Part shown: one piece after another, positions 1 to 13,449 of the stretch
How the letters are laid out: every line of letters begins with the position of its first letter
Numbering within the stretch: position 1 is the stretch's first letter
NCBI RefSeq assembly: GCF_041886205.1
Contig: NZ_CP169029.1
Source: Escherichia coli
GTDB lineage: Bacteria; Pseudomonadota; Gammaproteobacteria; Enterobacterales; Enterobacteriaceae
Length of the DNA stretch: 64,000 nt
Reading direction: 5' to 3' (one strand)
The notes under the pieces: model-generated
Database searches by the model: none
What the model saw: only the letters and a program-made list of their open reading frames with translations
Told to the model about the DNA's origin: nothing
Made by a program: the position numbers and the translations under genes

Positions 1-2
1 AC

Positions 3-269
3 AAGCGCGGTCATGGTGACGAGATTTGGCCCGCGGTGAAACCGGTGTACGAAAAAATGGCGGACATTGTCGCCCGGCATATTGAAGGGCAGGGCATTAC
101 TGATTTATGGCTGGCGGGCGGCTCTTGTATGCAACCGGGCGTGGCGGAACTGTTTCGCAAACAATTCCCGGCGTTAAAGGTGCATTTACCGCAGCACAGT
201 TTGTTTATGACCCCGCTGGCGATCGCCAGTAGTGGGCGAGAGAAAGCGGAGGGGCTATATGCAAAATGA
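3..269 (+). CDS. eutJ: Ethanolamine utilization protein EutJ, C-terminal part (5' end lies outside the window)
   Basis: Open frame from window start with no stop until 269; overlaps eutG start; synteny with eut operon. Confidence 0.75.
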   Translation, partial: KRGHGDEIWPAVKPVYEKMADIVARHIEGQGITDLWLAGGSCMQPGVAELFRKQFPALKVHLPQHSLFMTPLAIASSGREKAEGLYAK

Positions 270-1446
270 ATTGCAGACCGCGCTCTTTCAGGCGTTCGAT
301 ACCCTGAATCTGCAACGGGTAAAAACATTTAGCGTTCCACCGGTGACGCTTTGCGGTCCGGGCGCGGTGAGCAGTTGCGGGCAGCAAGCGCAAACGCGTG
401 GGCTGAAACATCTGTTCGTGATGGCAGACAGCTTTTTGCATCAGGCGGGGATGACCGCCGGGCTGACGCGTAGCCTGGCCGTTAAAGGCATCGCCATGAC
501 GCTCTGGCCGTGTCCGGTGGGCGAACCGTGCATTACTGACGTGTGTGCAGCCGTGGCGCAGTTGCGTGAATCAGGCTGTGACGGGGTGATTGCGTTTGGC
601 GGCGGCTCGGTGCTGGATGCAGCAAAAGCCGTGGCGTTGCTGGTGACGAACCCCGATAGCACGCTGGCGGAAATGTCAGAAACCAGCGTTCTGCAACCGC
701 GCCTGCCGTTGATTGCCATTCCAACGACCGCCGGAACCGGCTCTGAAACCACCAACGTAACGGTGATTATCGACGCGGTGAGCGGGCGCAAGCAGGTGTT
801 AGCCCATGCCTCGCTGATGCCGGATGTGGCGATTCTCGACGCCGCATTGACCGAAGGTGTGCCGTCGCATGTCACGGCGATGACCGGTATTGACGCGTTA
901 ACCCATGCCATTGAAGCGTACAGCGCGCTGAACGCCACACCGTTTACTGACAGTCTGGCGATTGGCGCTATTGCGATGATTGGCAAATCGCTGCCGAAAG
1001 CGGTGGGCTACGGTCATGACCTTGCCGCGCGCGAGAGCATGTTACTGGCTTCATGTATGGCGGGAATGGCGTTTTCCAGTGCGGGGCTTGGGTTGTGCCA
1101 CGCGATGGCGCATCAGCCAGGGGCGGCGCTGCATATTCCACACGGTCTGGCGAACGCCATGTTGCTGCCAACGGTGATGGAATTTAACCGGATGGTTTGT
1201 CGCGAACGGTTTAGTCAGATTGGTCGGGCACTGCGAACTAAAAAATCCGACGATCGTGACGCTATTAACGCGGTAAGTGAGCTGATTGCGGAAGTTGGGA
1301 TTGGTAAACGACTGGGCGATGTTGGCGCGACATCTGCGCATTACGGTGCATGGGCGCAGGCCGCGCAGGAAGATATTTGTCTGCGCAGCAACCCGCGTAC
1401 CGCCAGCCTGGAACAGATTGTCGGACTGTACGCGGCGGCGCAATAA
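259..1446 (+). CDS. eutG: Ethanolamine utilization alcohol dehydrogenase EutG (iron-containing ADH family)
   Basis: ORF track 232..1446; start moved to internal ATG (MQNELQTALFQ) preceded by GAGGGG SD; 395 aa as expected. Confidence 0.9.
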   Translation: MQNELQTALFQAFDTLNLQRVKTFSVPPVTLCGPGAVSSCGQQAQTRGLKHLFVMADSFLHQAGMTAGLTRSLAVKGIAMTLWPCPVGEPCITDVCAAVAQLRESGCDGVIAFGGGSVLDAAKAVALLVTNPDSTLAEMSETSVLQPRLPLIAIPTTAGTGSETTNVTVIIDAVSGRKQVLAHASLMPDVAILDAALTEGVPSHVTAMTGIDALTHAIEAYSALNATPFTDSLAIGAIAMIGKSLPKAVGYGHDLAARESMLLASCMAGMAFSSAGLGLCHAMAHQPGAALHIPHGLANAMLLPTVMEFNRMVCRERFSQIGRALRTKKSDDRDAINAVSELIAEVGIGKRLGDVGATSAHYGAWAQAAQEDICLRSNPRTASLEQIVGLYAAAQ

Positions 1447-1448
1447 AT

Positions 1449-1731
<283 letters not shown>

Positions 1732-1762
1732 AATAAATAACAACTAACAGGGAGTAAAGGCG

Positions 1763-2989
1763 ATGGGAATTAACGAAATCATCATGTACATCATGATGTT
1801 CTTTATGCTGATAGCTGCCGTAGACAGGATCCTGTCGCAGTTCGGCGGTTCTGCTCGTTTCCTCGGTAAGTTCGGTAAAAGTATCGAAGGATCAGGCGGT
1901 CAGTTCGAAGAAGGCTTTATGGCAATGGGCGCTCTGGGTCTGGCGATGGTCGGTATGACCGCGCTGGCACCGGTACTGGCTCACGTACTCGGGCCGGTAA
2001 TTATCCCGGTTTACGAAATGCTCGGCGCAAACCCGTCAATGTTCGCCGGAACGCTGCTGGCGTGCGATATGGGCGGCTTCTTCCTCGCCAAAGAGCTGGC
2101 GGGCGGCGACGTAGCAGCGTGGCTATACTCTGGGTTAATTCTCGGGTCGATGATGGGGCCAACGATTGTGTTTTCCATTCCGGTGGCGCTCGGCATTATC
2201 GAACCTTCTGACCGTCGTTATCTGGCGCTCGGCGTGCTGGCGGGCATTGTGACCATTCCGATTGGCTGTATTGCTGGTGGTCTGGTTGCTATGTACTCCG
2301 GTGTGCAGATCAATGGTCAGCCGGTGGAATTCACCTTTGCGCTGATCCTGATGAACATGATCCCGGTACTTATCGTTGCGGTGCTGGTGGCGCTGGGGCT
2401 GAAATTCATCCCGGAAAAAATGATCAACGGCTTCCAGATCTTCGCCAAATTCCTCGTTGCATTGATCACCCTCGGTCTTGCTGCCGCGGTAGTGAAATTC
2501 CTCCTTGGCTGGGAACTGATCCCCGGTCTGGACCCTATCTTTATGGCTCCTGGCGATAAACCCGGTGAAGTGATGCGCGCCATTGAAGTTATCGGTTCTA
2601 TCTCCTGCGTGCTGTTAGGGGCGTATCCAATGGTGCTGCTGCTGACTCGCTGGTTTGAAAAACCGCTGATGAGCGTCGGTAAACTACTGAATATGAACAA
2701 CATTGCGGCAGCCGGCATGGTGGCAACGCTTGCCAACAACATCCCGATGTTTGGCATGATGAAGCAGATGGATACCCGCGGCAAAGTCATCAACTGCGCC
2801 TTCGCCGTTTCCGCTGCTTTCGCCCTGGGTGACCACTTAGGCTTCGCCGCTGCCAACATGAACGCCATGATCTTCCCGATGATTGTCGGCAAGTTGATCG
2901 GCGGCGTAACGGCGATTGGCGTGGCGATGATGCTGGTGCCAAAAGAAGACGCGACCACGACTAAAACCGAAGCGGAGGCACAATCGTGA
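1763..2989 (+). CDS. eutH: Ethanolamine permease EutH
   Basis: 408-aa hydrophobic multi-pass membrane protein; SD GGAG upstream; synteny. Confidence 0.9.
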   Translation: MGINEIIMYIMMFFMLIAAVDRILSQFGGSARFLGKFGKSIEGSGGQFEEGFMAMGALGLAMVGMTALAPVLAHVLGPVIIPVYEMLGANPSMFAGTLLACDMGGFFLAKELAGGDVAAWLYSGLILGSMMGPTIVFSIPVALGIIEPSDRRYLALGVLAGIVTIPIGCIAGGLVAMYSGVQINGQPVEFTFALILMNMIPVLIVAVLVALGLKFIPEKMINGFQIFAKFLVALITLGLAAAVVKFLLGWELIPGLDPIFMAPGDKPGEVMRAIEVIGSISCVLLGAYPMVLLLTRWFEKPLMSVGKLLNMNNIAAAGMVATLANNIPMFGMMKQMDTRGKVINCAFAVSAAFALGDHLGFAAANMNAMIFPMIVGKLIGGVTAIGVAMMLVPKEDATTTKTEAEAQS

Positions 2990-4389
2990 ACACTCGCCAG
3001 CTATTGAGCGTCGGTATCGATATCGGCACCACCACCACCCAGGTGATTTTCTCCCACCTGGAACTGGTTAACCGTGCGGCGGTGTCGCAGGTGCCGCGCT
3101 ACGAATTCATCAAACGCGAAATTAGCTGGCAAAGCCCGGTGTACTTTACCCCTGTCGATAAACAGGGTGGTTTAAAAGAAGCGGAACTGAAATCGCTGAT
3201 TTTAGAGCAATATCAGGCTGCGGGCATTGCGCCGGAAAGCGTTGATTCTGGTGCCATCATCATCACCGGTGAAAGCGCGAAAACCCGCAATGCTCGCCCG
3301 GCGGTGATGGCGCTCTCTCAATCGCTGGGGGATTTTGTCGTTGCCAGCGCCGGGCCGCACCTCGAATCCGTGATCGCCGGTCACGGAGCCGGGGCACAAA
3401 CCCTTTCTGAACAACGGCTGTGTCGGGTACTGAATATCGACATCGGCGGTGGCACCGCGAACTACGCCCTGTTCGATGCCGGAAAAATCAGCGGCACCGC
3501 CTGCCTCAACGTCGGTGGTCGCCTGCTGGAAACCGACAGCCAGGGGCGCGTGGTTTACGCTCATAAACCGGGGCAGATGATTGTGGATGAGTGCTTCGGT
3601 GCAGGCACTGACGCCCGTTCGCTGACCGGCGCGCAGCTGGTGCAGGTTACCCGGCGGATGGCGGCGCTGATTGTCGAAGTGATTGACGGAACGCTTTCGC
3701 CGCTCGCGCAGGCATTGATGCAAACCGGTTTGCTGCCCGCAGGTGTTACGCCCGAAATCATTACGCTTTCTGGCGGCGTGGGCGAATGTTATCGCCACCA
3801 GCCCGCCGACCCGTTCTGTTTTGCCGATATTGGCCCACTTCTGGCAACGGCGCTGCATGACCATCCGCGCCTGCGTGAGATGAATGTGCAGTTTCCAGCG
3901 CAAACCGTACGCGCCACGGTGATTGGCGCGGGTGCACATACCCTTTCGCTCTCTGGCAGCACAATCTGGCTGGAGGGCGTACAACTGCCGCTGCGCAATT
4001 TGCCGGTGGCGATCCCAATTGATGAAACGGATCTGGTGTGTGCCTGGCAACAGGCGCTGATTCAGCTGGATCTTGATCCTAAAACTGACGCGTACGTGCT
4101 GGCGCTTCCCGCCTCGCTGCCTGTGCGTTACGCCGCGGTACTGACGGTCATCAACGCGCTGGTCGATTTCGTCGCGCGTTTTCCGAATCCGCATCCCCTG
4201 CTGGTGGTGGCCGGGCAGGACTTTGGTAAAGCTCTGGGCATGTTGTTGCGCCCACAGCTACAACAACTCCCGTTGGCAGTCATTGACGAAGTGATTGTCC
4301 GCGCGGGGGACTATATCGACATTGGTACGCCTCTTTTTGGCGGATCGGTTGTGCCGGTGACGGTGAAATCACTCGCATTTCCTTCCTGA
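2986..4389 (+). CDS. eutA: Ethanolamine ammonia-lyase reactivating factor EutA
   Basis: 467 aa; ATGA overlap with eutH stop; synteny. Confidence 0.9.
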   Translation: MNTRQLLSVGIDIGTTTTQVIFSHLELVNRAAVSQVPRYEFIKREISWQSPVYFTPVDKQGGLKEAELKSLILEQYQAAGIAPESVDSGAIIITGESAKTRNARPAVMALSQSLGDFVVASAGPHLESVIAGHGAGAQTLSEQRLCRVLNIDIGGGTANYALFDAGKISGTACLNVGGRLLETDSQGRVVYAHKPGQMIVDECFGAGTDARSLTGAQLVQVTRRMAALIVEVIDGTLSPLAQALMQTGLLPAGVTPEIITLSGGVGECYRHQPADPFCFADIGPLLATALHDHPRLREMNVQFPAQTVRATVIGAGAHTLSLSGSTIWLEGVQLPLRNLPVAIPIDETDLVCAWQQALIQLDLDPKTDAYVLALPASLPVRYAAVLTVINALVDFVARFPNPHPLLVVAGQDFGKALGMLLRPQLQQLPLAVIDEVIVRAGDYIDIGTPLFGGSVVPVTVKSLAFPS

Positions 4390-4400
4390 GGGAACGACTT

Positions 4401-5762
4401 ATGAAACTAAAGACCACATTGTTCGGCAATGTATATCAGTTTAAGGATGTAAAAGAGGTGCTGGCTAAAGCCAACGAACTGCGTTCGGGGGATGTGCTGG
4501 CGGGCGTTGCAGCGGCAAGCTCACAGGAGCGCGTGGCGGCAAAGCAGGTGTTGTCGGAAATGACCGTAGCGGACATCCGCAATAATCCGGTAATTGCCTA
4601 TGAAGATGACTGCGTGACGCGGCTGATTCAGGACGATGTTAACGAAACGGCCTACAACCAGATTAAAAACTGGAGCATCAGCGAACTGCGTGAGTATGTG
4701 CTGAGCGATGAAACCAGCGTGGACGACATTGCCTTTACCCGCAAAGGGCTGACCTCGGAAGTGGTCGCGGCGGTAGCGAAGATTTGCTCCAACGCGGACC
4801 TGATCTACGGCGCGAAGAAAATGCCGGTAATCAAAAAGGCCAATACCACCATCGGTATTCCGGGCACCTTTAGCGCCCGTTTGCAGCCAAATGACACCCG
4901 TGACGACGTGCAAAGTATCGCCGCGCAAATCTACGAAGGGCTTTCCTTCGGGGTGGGTGATGCGGTGATCGGCGTTAACCCGGTGACAGACGACGTGGAA
5001 AACTTAAGCCGCGTGTTGGACACCATTTATGGCGTGATCGACAAATTCAACATCCCAACTCAGGGCTGCGTACTGGCGCACGTCACCACCCAGATCGAAG
5101 CGATTCGTCGCGGCGCACCAGGCGGGCTGATTTTCCAGAGTATCTGTGGCAGCGAAAAAGGGCTGAAAGAGTTTGGCGTGGAACTGGCGATGCTCGATGA
5201 AGCACGCGCAGTGGGCGCGGAGTTCAACCGTATCGCCGGGGAAAACTGCCTCTACTTCGAAACCGGGCAGGGTTCTGCGCTATCCGCTGGCGCTAACTTC
5301 GGCGCAGACCAGGTGACGATGGAAGCACGTAACTATGGGCTGGCGCGTCATTACGATCCGTTTATCGTCAACACCGTGGTCGGCTTTATTGGGCCGGAGT
5401 ATCTCTACAACGATCGCCAGATTATCCGTGCGGGCTTAGAAGATCACTTTATGGGCAAGCTGAGCGGCATCTCTATGGGCTGTGACTGCTGCTACACCAA
5501 CCACGCTGACGCTGACCAGAACCTCAACGAAAACCTGATGATCCTGCTCGCCACCGCAGGCTGCAACTACATCATGGGGATGCCGCTGGGCGATGACATC
5601 ATGCTCAACTATCAGACCACCGCATTCCACGACACTGCCACTGTGCGTCAGTTACTCAACCTGCGCCCGTCACCGGAGTTTGAACGCTGGCTGGAAAGCA
5701 TGGGCATTATGGCAAACGGTCGCCTGACCAAACGGGCGGGCGATCCGTCACTGTTCTTCTGA
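4401..5762 (+). CDS. eutB: Ethanolamine ammonia-lyase large subunit EutB
   Basis: 453 aa; recognised sequence; follows eutA after an 11-bp gap. Confidence 0.93.
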   Translation: MKLKTTLFGNVYQFKDVKEVLAKANELRSGDVLAGVAAASSQERVAAKQVLSEMTVADIRNNPVIAYEDDCVTRLIQDDVNETAYNQIKNWSISELREYVLSDETSVDDIAFTRKGLTSEVVAAVAKICSNADLIYGAKKMPVIKKANTTIGIPGTFSARLQPNDTRDDVQSIAAQIYEGLSFGVGDAVIGVNPVTDDVENLSRVLDTIYGVIDKFNIPTQGCVLAHVTTQIEAIRRGAPGGLIFQSICGSEKGLKEFGVELAMLDEARAVGAEFNRIAGENCLYFETGQGSALSAGANFGADQVTMEARNYGLARHYDPFIVNTVVGFIGPEYLYNDRQIIRAGLEDHFMGKLSGISMGCDCCYTNHADADQNLNENLMILLATAGCNYIMGMPLGDDIMLNYQTTAFHDTATVRQLLNLRPSPEFERWLESMGIMANGRLTKRAGDPSLFF

Positions 5763-5782
5763 TGACGCGGAGATAACACATC

Positions 5783-6667
5783 ATGGATCAAAAACAGATT
5801 GAAGAAATTGTACGCAGCGTGATGGCGTCAATGGGACAAGCGGCCCCCGCGCCGTCAGAAGCAAAGTGCGCCACCACCTGTGCGGCACCGGTGACCTCGG
5901 AAAGCTGCGCGCTGGATTTAGGCTCTGCGGAAGCAAAAGCGTGGATTGGCGTTGAAAACCCGCATCGCGCAGACGTATTAACAGAACTGCGCCGCAGCAC
6001 CGTGGCCCGCGTTTGTACCGGTCGTGCCGGTCCGCGTCCACGTACTCAGGCGCTGCTGCGTTTCCTGGCCGATCACTCTCGTTCGAAAGATACCGTACTG
6101 AAAGAAGTGCCGGAAGAGTGGGTGAAAGCACAAGGCTTGTTGGAAGTCCGCTCCGAAATTAGCGACAAAAATCTCTACCTGACTCGCCCGGATATGGGCC
6201 GCCGCCTGTGTGCAGAAGCTGTTGAAGCGCTGAAAGCACAGTGTGTTGCTAATCCGGACGTACAGGTCGTTATTTCTGATGGCCTGTCAACTGATGCGAT
6301 CACCGTGAACTACGAAGAGATCCTGCCACCGCTGATGGCGGGCCTGAAACAGGCCGGGCTGAAAGTCGGCACGCCATTCTTTGTTCGTTATGGTCGCGTG
6401 AAGATTGAAGATCAGATCGGTGAGATCCTCGGCGCGAAAGTAGTGATCCTGTTAGTGGGCGAACGCCCGGGATTAGGGCAGTCAGAAAGCCTCTCCTGCT
6501 ACGCCGTTTACTCACCGCGTATGGCGACCACCGTTGAGGCCGATCGCACCTGCATCTCAAACATTCACCAGGGCGGCACGCCGCCGGTTGAAGCCGCAGC
6601 GGTAATTGTGGATTTGGCGAAACGAATGCTGGAGCAGAAAGCATCCGGCATCAACATGACCCGATAA
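5783..6667 (+). CDS. eutC: Ethanolamine ammonia-lyase small subunit EutC
   Basis: 294 aa; N-terminus [13 protein letters not shown]; synteny. Confidence 0.9.
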   Translation: MDQKQIEEIVRSVMASMGQAAPAPSEAKCATTCAAPVTSESCALDLGSAEAKAWIGVENPHRADVLTELRRSTVARVCTGRAGPRPRTQALLRFLADHSRSKDTVLKEVPEEWVKAQGLLEVRSEISDKNLYLTRPDMGRRLCAEAVEALKAQCVANPDVQVVISDGLSTDAITVNYEEILPPLMAGLKQAGLKVGTPFFVRYGRVKIEDQIGEILGAKVVILLVGERPGLGQSESLSCYAVYSPRMATTVEADRTCISNIHQGGTPPVEAAAVIVDLAKRMLEQKASGINMTR

Positions 6668-6676
6668 GGAGGCATC

Positions 6677-7336
6677 ATGCCAGCTTTAGATTTGATTCGA
6701 CCGTCGGTAACCGCCATGCGGGTGATTGCCTCCGTTAACGCCGAATTTGCGCGTGAACTAAAATTGCCGCCGCATATTCGTAGCCTTGGGCTGATTTCTG
6801 CCGACTCCGATGACGTCACCTACATTGCCGCTGACGAAGCGACCAAACAGGCGATGGTCGAAGTGGTGTATGGCCGCTCGCTGTATGCGGGAGCTGCACA
6901 CGGACCGTCACCGACTGCCGGTGAAGTGCTGATTATACTGGGTGGGCCAAACCCGGCGGAAGTGCGTGCCGGTCTGGATGCGATGGTTGCACATATTGAA
7001 AATGGCGCTGCTTTCCAGTGGGCTAATGACGCAGAAAACACCGCATTCCTGGCACATGTAGTTTCGCGTACCGGTTCTTATCTCTCATCAACCGCCGGGA
7101 TCACGCTTGGCGATCCGATGGCGTATCTGGTGGCACCGCCGCTGGAAGCGACCTACGGCATTGATGCAGCGTTGAAATCTGCCGACGTACAGCTGGTGAC
7201 CTATGTCCCGCCACCGTCTGAAACCAACTACTCGGCAGCATTTTTAACCGGTAGCCAGGCCGCGTGTAAAGCAGCCTGTAACGCCTTTACCGATGCAGTG
7301 CTGGAAATCGCGCGTAATCCAATCCAGCGTGCGTAA
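6677..7336 (+). CDS. eutL: Bacterial microcompartment shell protein EutL
   Basis: 219 aa; synteny within eut operon. Confidence 0.9.
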   Translation: MPALDLIRPSVTAMRVIASVNAEFARELKLPPHIRSLGLISADSDDVTYIAADEATKQAMVEVVYGRSLYAGAAHGPSPTAGEVLIILGGPNPAEVRAGLDAMVAHIENGAAFQWANDAENTAFLAHVVSRTGSYLSSTAGITLGDPMAYLVAPPLEATYGIDAALKSADVQLVTYVPPPSETNYSAAFLTGSQAACKAACNAFTDAVLEIARNPIQRA

Positions 7337-7348
7337 CGGAGGTTGCCG

Positions 7349-7849
7349 ATGATCAATGCACTGGGATTGCTGGAAGTGGACGGCATGGTCGCCGCGATAG
7401 ATGCAGCGGATGCCATGCTCAAAGCAGCTAACGTTCGTCTGCTCAGTCACGAAGTGCTTGACCCTGGTCGCTTAACGCTGGTGGTGGAAGGCGATCTGGC
7501 GGCGTGTCGTGCGGCGCTGGACGCAGGTTGTGCTGCCGCGATGCGTACCGGGCGTGTCATCAGCCGCAAGGAGATCGGTCGGCCAGACGATGACACCCAG
7601 TGGCTGGTTACTGGCTTTAACCGCCAGCCGAAGCAACCCGTAAAGGAACCCGACGCGCCAGTTATCGTCGCCGAATCTGCTGACGAGTTGTTGGCGCTGT
7701 TAACATCAGTACGTCAGGGAATGACGGCAGGAGAAGTGGCTGCCCACTTTGGCTGGCCGCTGGAAAAAGCCAGAAATGCGCTCGAACAGCTCTTTTCTGC
7801 CGGGACGTTACGTAAACGCAGTAGTCGTTATCGTCTCAAGCCCCATTAA
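7349..7849 (+). CDS. eutK: Bacterial microcompartment shell protein EutK (BMC domain plus C-terminal nucleic-acid-binding-like tail)
   Basis: ORF track 7343..7849 (TTG); ATG at 7349 gives 166 aa with ACGGAGG SD. Confidence 0.85.
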   Translation: MINALGLLEVDGMVAAIDAADAMLKAANVRLLSHEVLDPGRLTLVVEGDLAACRAALDAGCAAAMRTGRVISRKEIGRPDDDTQWLVTGFNRQPKQPVKEPDAPVIVAESADELLALLTSVRQGMTAGEVAAHFGWPLEKARNALEQLFSAGTLRKRSSRYRLKPH

Positions 7850-7894
7850 CCTGTCGGAGGTGCCGGGTGTCCTACAACACCCGGCATTAACATC

Positions 7895-8947
7895 ATGAAA
7901 AAGACCCGTACAGCCAATTTGCACCATCTTTATCATGAACCCTTACCCGAAAACCTGAAGCTCACGCCGAAGGTCGAAGTGGATAATGTTCATCAACGAC
8001 AGACAACGGATGTCTATGAACATGCTTTAACGATTACCGCCTGGCAGCAGATTTACGATCAGCTGCATCCGGGCAAGTTTCATGGTGAATTTACGGAAAT
8101 TCTACTCGATGATATTCAGGTTTTTCGTGAATACACCGGTCTGGCGCTGCGTCAGTCGTGCCTGGTCTGGCCGAACTCGTTCTGGTTTGGCATTCCGGCG
8201 ACGCGCGGTGAGCAGGGATTTATCGGTTCGCAATGTCTGGGAAGCGCGGAAATCGCCACCCGCCCTGGTGGCACTGAATTTGAACTGAGCACGCCGGATG
8301 ATTACACGATCCTGAGCGTGGTGCTTTCTGAAGATGTCATCACCCGGCAGGCTAACTTTTTGCATAACCCGGATCGGGTATTACATATGCTGCGTAGCCA
8401 GTCGGCGCTGGAAGTGAAAGAGCAGCATAAAGCCGCGCTGTGGGGCTTTGTCCAACAGGCGCTGGCGACGTTTTGCGAGAACCCGGAAAATCTCCATCAG
8501 CCTGCAGTGCGAAAAGTGCTGGGGGATAATTTGCTAATGGCGATGGGGGCGATGCTGGAAGACGCGCAACCAATGGTGACGGCGGAAAGCATCAGCCATC
8601 AGAGCTACCGTAGATTACTTTCCCGCGCCCGTGAATATGTGCTGGAAAATATGTCTGAGCCGGTGACGGTGCTGGACTTGTGTAATCAACTGCATGTCAG
8701 TCGCCGCACGCTACAAAACGCGTTTCACGCTATTTTAGGCATTGGCCCAAACGCGTGGCTGAAACGCATTCGCCTGAACGCCGTACGCCGCGAACTGATA
8801 AGCCCGTGGTCGCAAAGCACAACGGTAAAAGACGCCGCCATGCAGTGGGGATTCTGGCATCTGGGGCAATTTGCCACGGATTACCAGCAGCTGTTTGCCG
8901 AGAAGCCGTCGTTGACGTTGCATCAGCGGATGCGGGAATGGGGGTGA
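7895..8947 (+). CDS. eutR: AraC-family transcriptional activator of the eut operon, EutR
   Basis: 350 aa; C-terminal AraC-type HTH region; synteny. Confidence 0.9.
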   Translation: MKKTRTANLHHLYHEPLPENLKLTPKVEVDNVHQRQTTDVYEHALTITAWQQIYDQLHPGKFHGEFTEILLDDIQVFREYTGLALRQSCLVWPNSFWFGIPATRGEQGFIGSQCLGSAEIATRPGGTEFELSTPDDYTILSVVLSEDVITRQANFLHNPDRVLHMLRSQSALEVKEQHKAALWGFVQQALATFCENPENLHQPAVRKVLGDNLLMAMGAMLEDAQPMVTAESISHQSYRRLLSRAREYVLENMSEPVTVLDLCNQLHVSRRTLQNAFHAILGIGPNAWLKRIRLNAVRRELISPWSQSTTVKDAAMQWGFWHLGQFATDYQQLFAEKPSLTLHQRMREWG

Positions 8948-8952
8948 GGGAG

Positions 8953-9855
<903 letters not shown>

Positions 9856-10725
9856 TTATCGCTTTTTCGAATGTGCTTTCTGGTTGTCGAACCAGTGGAA
9901 ATAACTGATCACGCCTTCAGCAATCGCTGTGGCGATTTTCTGACGAAACGCCGCCGTGCCTAACAGCCGCTCTTCTTCCGGGTTGGTGATAAACGAGGTT
10001 TCCACCAGCACCGAAGGAACCGACGGCGATTTCAACACCACAAACGCGGCTTGTTCGGTGTTGCGGCTGTGCAGTTTATGCACCGGCTTAATCTTCTTCA
10101 GAATATGCGAGCCAAGCGTCAGGCTGTTTTTAATAGTATCGGTTTGCACCAGATCAAACAGCACTTGCTGCAATAGGTGATCCTTGTCAGTCGCCTTTTT
10201 ACCGGCAACTTCATCGGCGCGGTTTTCGCGTTCAGACAGGTATTTCGCCATTGCGCTACTTGCCCCACGGTTAGAGAGGGCAAATACCGAAGCACCGGCA
10301 GCTTTCGGGTTGGTAAAGCCATCGGCATGAATTGACATAAACAGATCTGCGCCATGTTTATGGGCGATTTCAACGCGATCGTAAAGTGGGATAAACGTAT
10401 CGCCAGAACGCGTTAAACGCGCATCAATCCCATGATTACGCAAAATGGAACGGACGTTTTTAGCAATCGCCAGCACCACATGTTTTTCTTTCGAACCGTT
10501 GCGTCCAATCGCTCCGGTATCAATTCCGCCGTGGCCTGGATCGAGAACAACGACACGTTTGCCGCCAGATTTTTTGGCTTTCGGCTTGCTGTGTCCGTTG
10601 CTGGTTTTTAAAGGTTCGTCTTTGGCGATGGCTTGCGACATTCCTGACAACGTCAGGGCAGCCAAACCGGCTTTCAGCACCTGGCGGCGCGAAGTGAGTG
10701 TTTTTAGTGGTTTAAAAGTGCTCAT
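9856..10725 (-). CDS. amiA: N-acetylmuramoyl-L-alanine amidase AmiA (Tat-signal periplasmic amidase)
   Basis: 289 aa; twin-arginine-like signal (SRRQVLKAGLAAL); amidase_3 motifs. Confidence 0.9.
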   Translation of the reverse strand: MSTFKPLKTLTSRRQVLKAGLAALTLSGMSQAIAKDEPLKTSNGHSKPKAKKSGGKRVVVLDPGHGGIDTGAIGRNGSKEKHVVLAIAKNVRSILRNHGIDARLTRSGDTFIPLYDRVEIAHKHGADLFMSIHADGFTNPKAAGASVFALSNRGASSAMAKYLSERENRADEVAGKKATDKDHLLQQVLFDLVQTDTIKNSLTLGSHILKKIKPVHKLHSRNTEQAAFVVLKSPSVPSVLVETSFITNPEEERLLGTAAFRQKIATAIAEGVISYFHWFDNQKAHSKKR

Positions 10726-10938
10726 ACGGCCTGAGTTGTAATAATAAAGTTCCAGATGTTATATCGTATCGCGTAATCCGTTACGACGGTTTGATGTTGA
10801 GAATTGTTTTACTTTTCATTTCAATAGTTGACAACTCCCCATTATGCCACTTTTTCAACCGATTTTCGTCAGATATTGGCTAATTCGACCGTTCACGCCA
10901 TAATCAGCCTTTTAACCCGCAAAAAGGTAACGAATACC

Positions 10939-11364
10939 ATGGAGATACGCGTATTTCGCCAGGAAGATTTCGAAGAGGTCATCACCCTTTGGGAGCGTTG
11001 CGACTTGCTGCGTCCGTGGAACGATCCGGAAATGGACATCGAGCGTAAGATGATCCATGACGTCAGTTTGTTTCTGGTCGCTGAGGTGAACGGTGAAGTG
11101 GTCGGAACGGTGATGGGTGGTTATGACGGGCATCGCGGGTCTGCTTATTATCTTGGCGTGCATCCTGAGTTTCGTGGGCGTGGGATTGCCAATGCGTTGC
11201 TTAACCGGCTGGAGAAAAAGCTGATTGCTCGCGGCTGTCCGAAAATTCAGATCAATGTGCCGGAAGATAACGACATGGTGCTCGGAATGTATGAACGCCT
11301 GGGATATGAACACGCCGACGTGCTGAGTCTGGGTAAGCGTTTGATTGAAGATGAAGAGTACTGA
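10939..11364 (+). CDS. ypeA: GNAT-family acetyltransferase YpeA
   Basis: ORF track 10828..11364; internal ATG ([14 protein letters not shown]) gives 141 aa; GNAT motif [10 protein letters not shown]. Confidence 0.8.
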   Translation: MEIRVFRQEDFEEVITLWERCDLLRPWNDPEMDIERKMIHDVSLFLVAEVNGEVVGTVMGGYDGHRGSAYYLGVHPEFRGRGIANALLNRLEKKLIARGCPKIQINVPEDNDMVLGMYERLGYEHADVLSLGKRLIEDEEY

Positions 11365-11800
11365 GTTCCATCCTGTCCATTATGATGCGCACGGTCGCCT
11401 GCGTTTACCCTTGCTCTTCTGGCTTGTGCTATTGCTTCAGGCGCGAACCTGGGTGCTGTTTGTCATTGCCGGTGCGTCGCGCGAGCAGGGTACTGCGCTG
11501 CTAAATCTGTTTTATCCCGATCACGATAATTTCTGGCTGGGGCTGATTCCTGGCATTCCGGCGGTGCTGGCGTTTTTGTTGAGCGGTCGGCGGGCTACGT
11601 TTCCTCGCACCTGGCGTGTACTCTATTTTCTGTTGCTGTTGGCGCAGGTGGTTTTACTTTGCTGGCAACCGTGGCTGTGGCTGAACGGTGAATCCGTTAG
11701 CGGTATCGGTCTGGCGCTGGTAGTGGCGGATATTGTGGCGTTAATCTGGCTGCTGACCAATCGACGTTTACGCGCTTGTTTTAATGAAGAAAAAGAATAA
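11351..11800 (+). CDS. yfeZ: Inner membrane protein YfeZ
   Basis: ORF track 11345..11800; ATG at 11351 gives 149 aa; hydrophobic; overlaps ypeA 3' end. Confidence 0.75.
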   Translation: MKSTEFHPVHYDAHGRLRLPLLFWLVLLLQARTWVLFVIAGASREQGTALLNLFYPDHDNFWLGLIPGIPAVLAFLLSGRRATFPRTWRVLYFLLLLAQVVLLCWQPWLWLNGESVSGIGLALVVADIVALIWLLTNRRLRACFNEEKE

Positions 11801-11860
11801 CGGCACTTTTTGGTGAATTTGCACTCCAAGCAACGTTATTGAATAACCAAAGGAAGTGAC

Positions 11861-12436
11861 ATGAAATCGCTGCGTTTAATGTTATGCGCTATGCCGTTGA
11901 TGCTGACCGGCTGTTCCACGATGTCGTCAGTTAACTGGTCTGCCGCTAATCCGTGGAACTGGTTTGGATCGTCCACCAAAGTGAGCGAGCAGGGCGTTGG
12001 TGAATTAACGGCGTCCACACCACTGCAAGAACAAGCCATTGCCGATGCGCTTGATGGCGATTATCGCCTGCGCAGCGGAATGAAAACCGCGAACGGCAAC
12101 GTGGTGCGCTTTTTTGAAGTGATGAAGGGCGACAACGTGGCGATGGTGATTAACGGCGATCAAGGCACGATCAGTCGCATTGACGTGCTGGATAGCGATA
12201 TTCCTGCTGACACCGGTGTTAAAATCGGTACATCGTTTAGCGACCTTTACAGCAAAGCATTTGGCAATTGCCAAAAAGCTGATGGTGATGATAACCGTGC
12301 CGTCGAATGTAAAGCCGAAGGCAGTCAACATATTAGCTACCAGTTCAGCGGGGAATGGCGTGGTCCTGAAGGGTTAATGCCTTCGGACGATACCCTGAAA
12401 AACTGGAAAGTCAGTAAAATTATCTGGCGGCGTTAA
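11861..12436 (+). CDS. yfeY: Predicted outer-membrane lipoprotein YfeY
   Basis: 191 aa; lipobox LTGC at N-terminus; synteny. Confidence 0.8.
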   Translation: MKSLRLMLCAMPLMLTGCSTMSSVNWSAANPWNWFGSSTKVSEQGVGELTASTPLQEQAIADALDGDYRLRSGMKTANGNVVRFFEVMKGDNVAMVINGDQGTISRIDVLDSDIPADTGVKIGTSFSDLYSKAFGNCQKADGDDNRAVECKAEGSQHISYQFSGEWRGPEGLMPSDDTLKNWKVSKIIWRR

Positions 12437-12447
12437 TTTGCGTCTGA

Positions 12448-13431
<984 letters not shown>

Positions 13432-13449
13432 GCGTTTCTGATTCGATGA

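Noticed and set aside
3202-4194. 330-aa ORF antisense to eutA
   Set aside because: Shadow ORF opposite a recognised gene; basic, Arg-rich translation typical of antisense GC-rich DNA.
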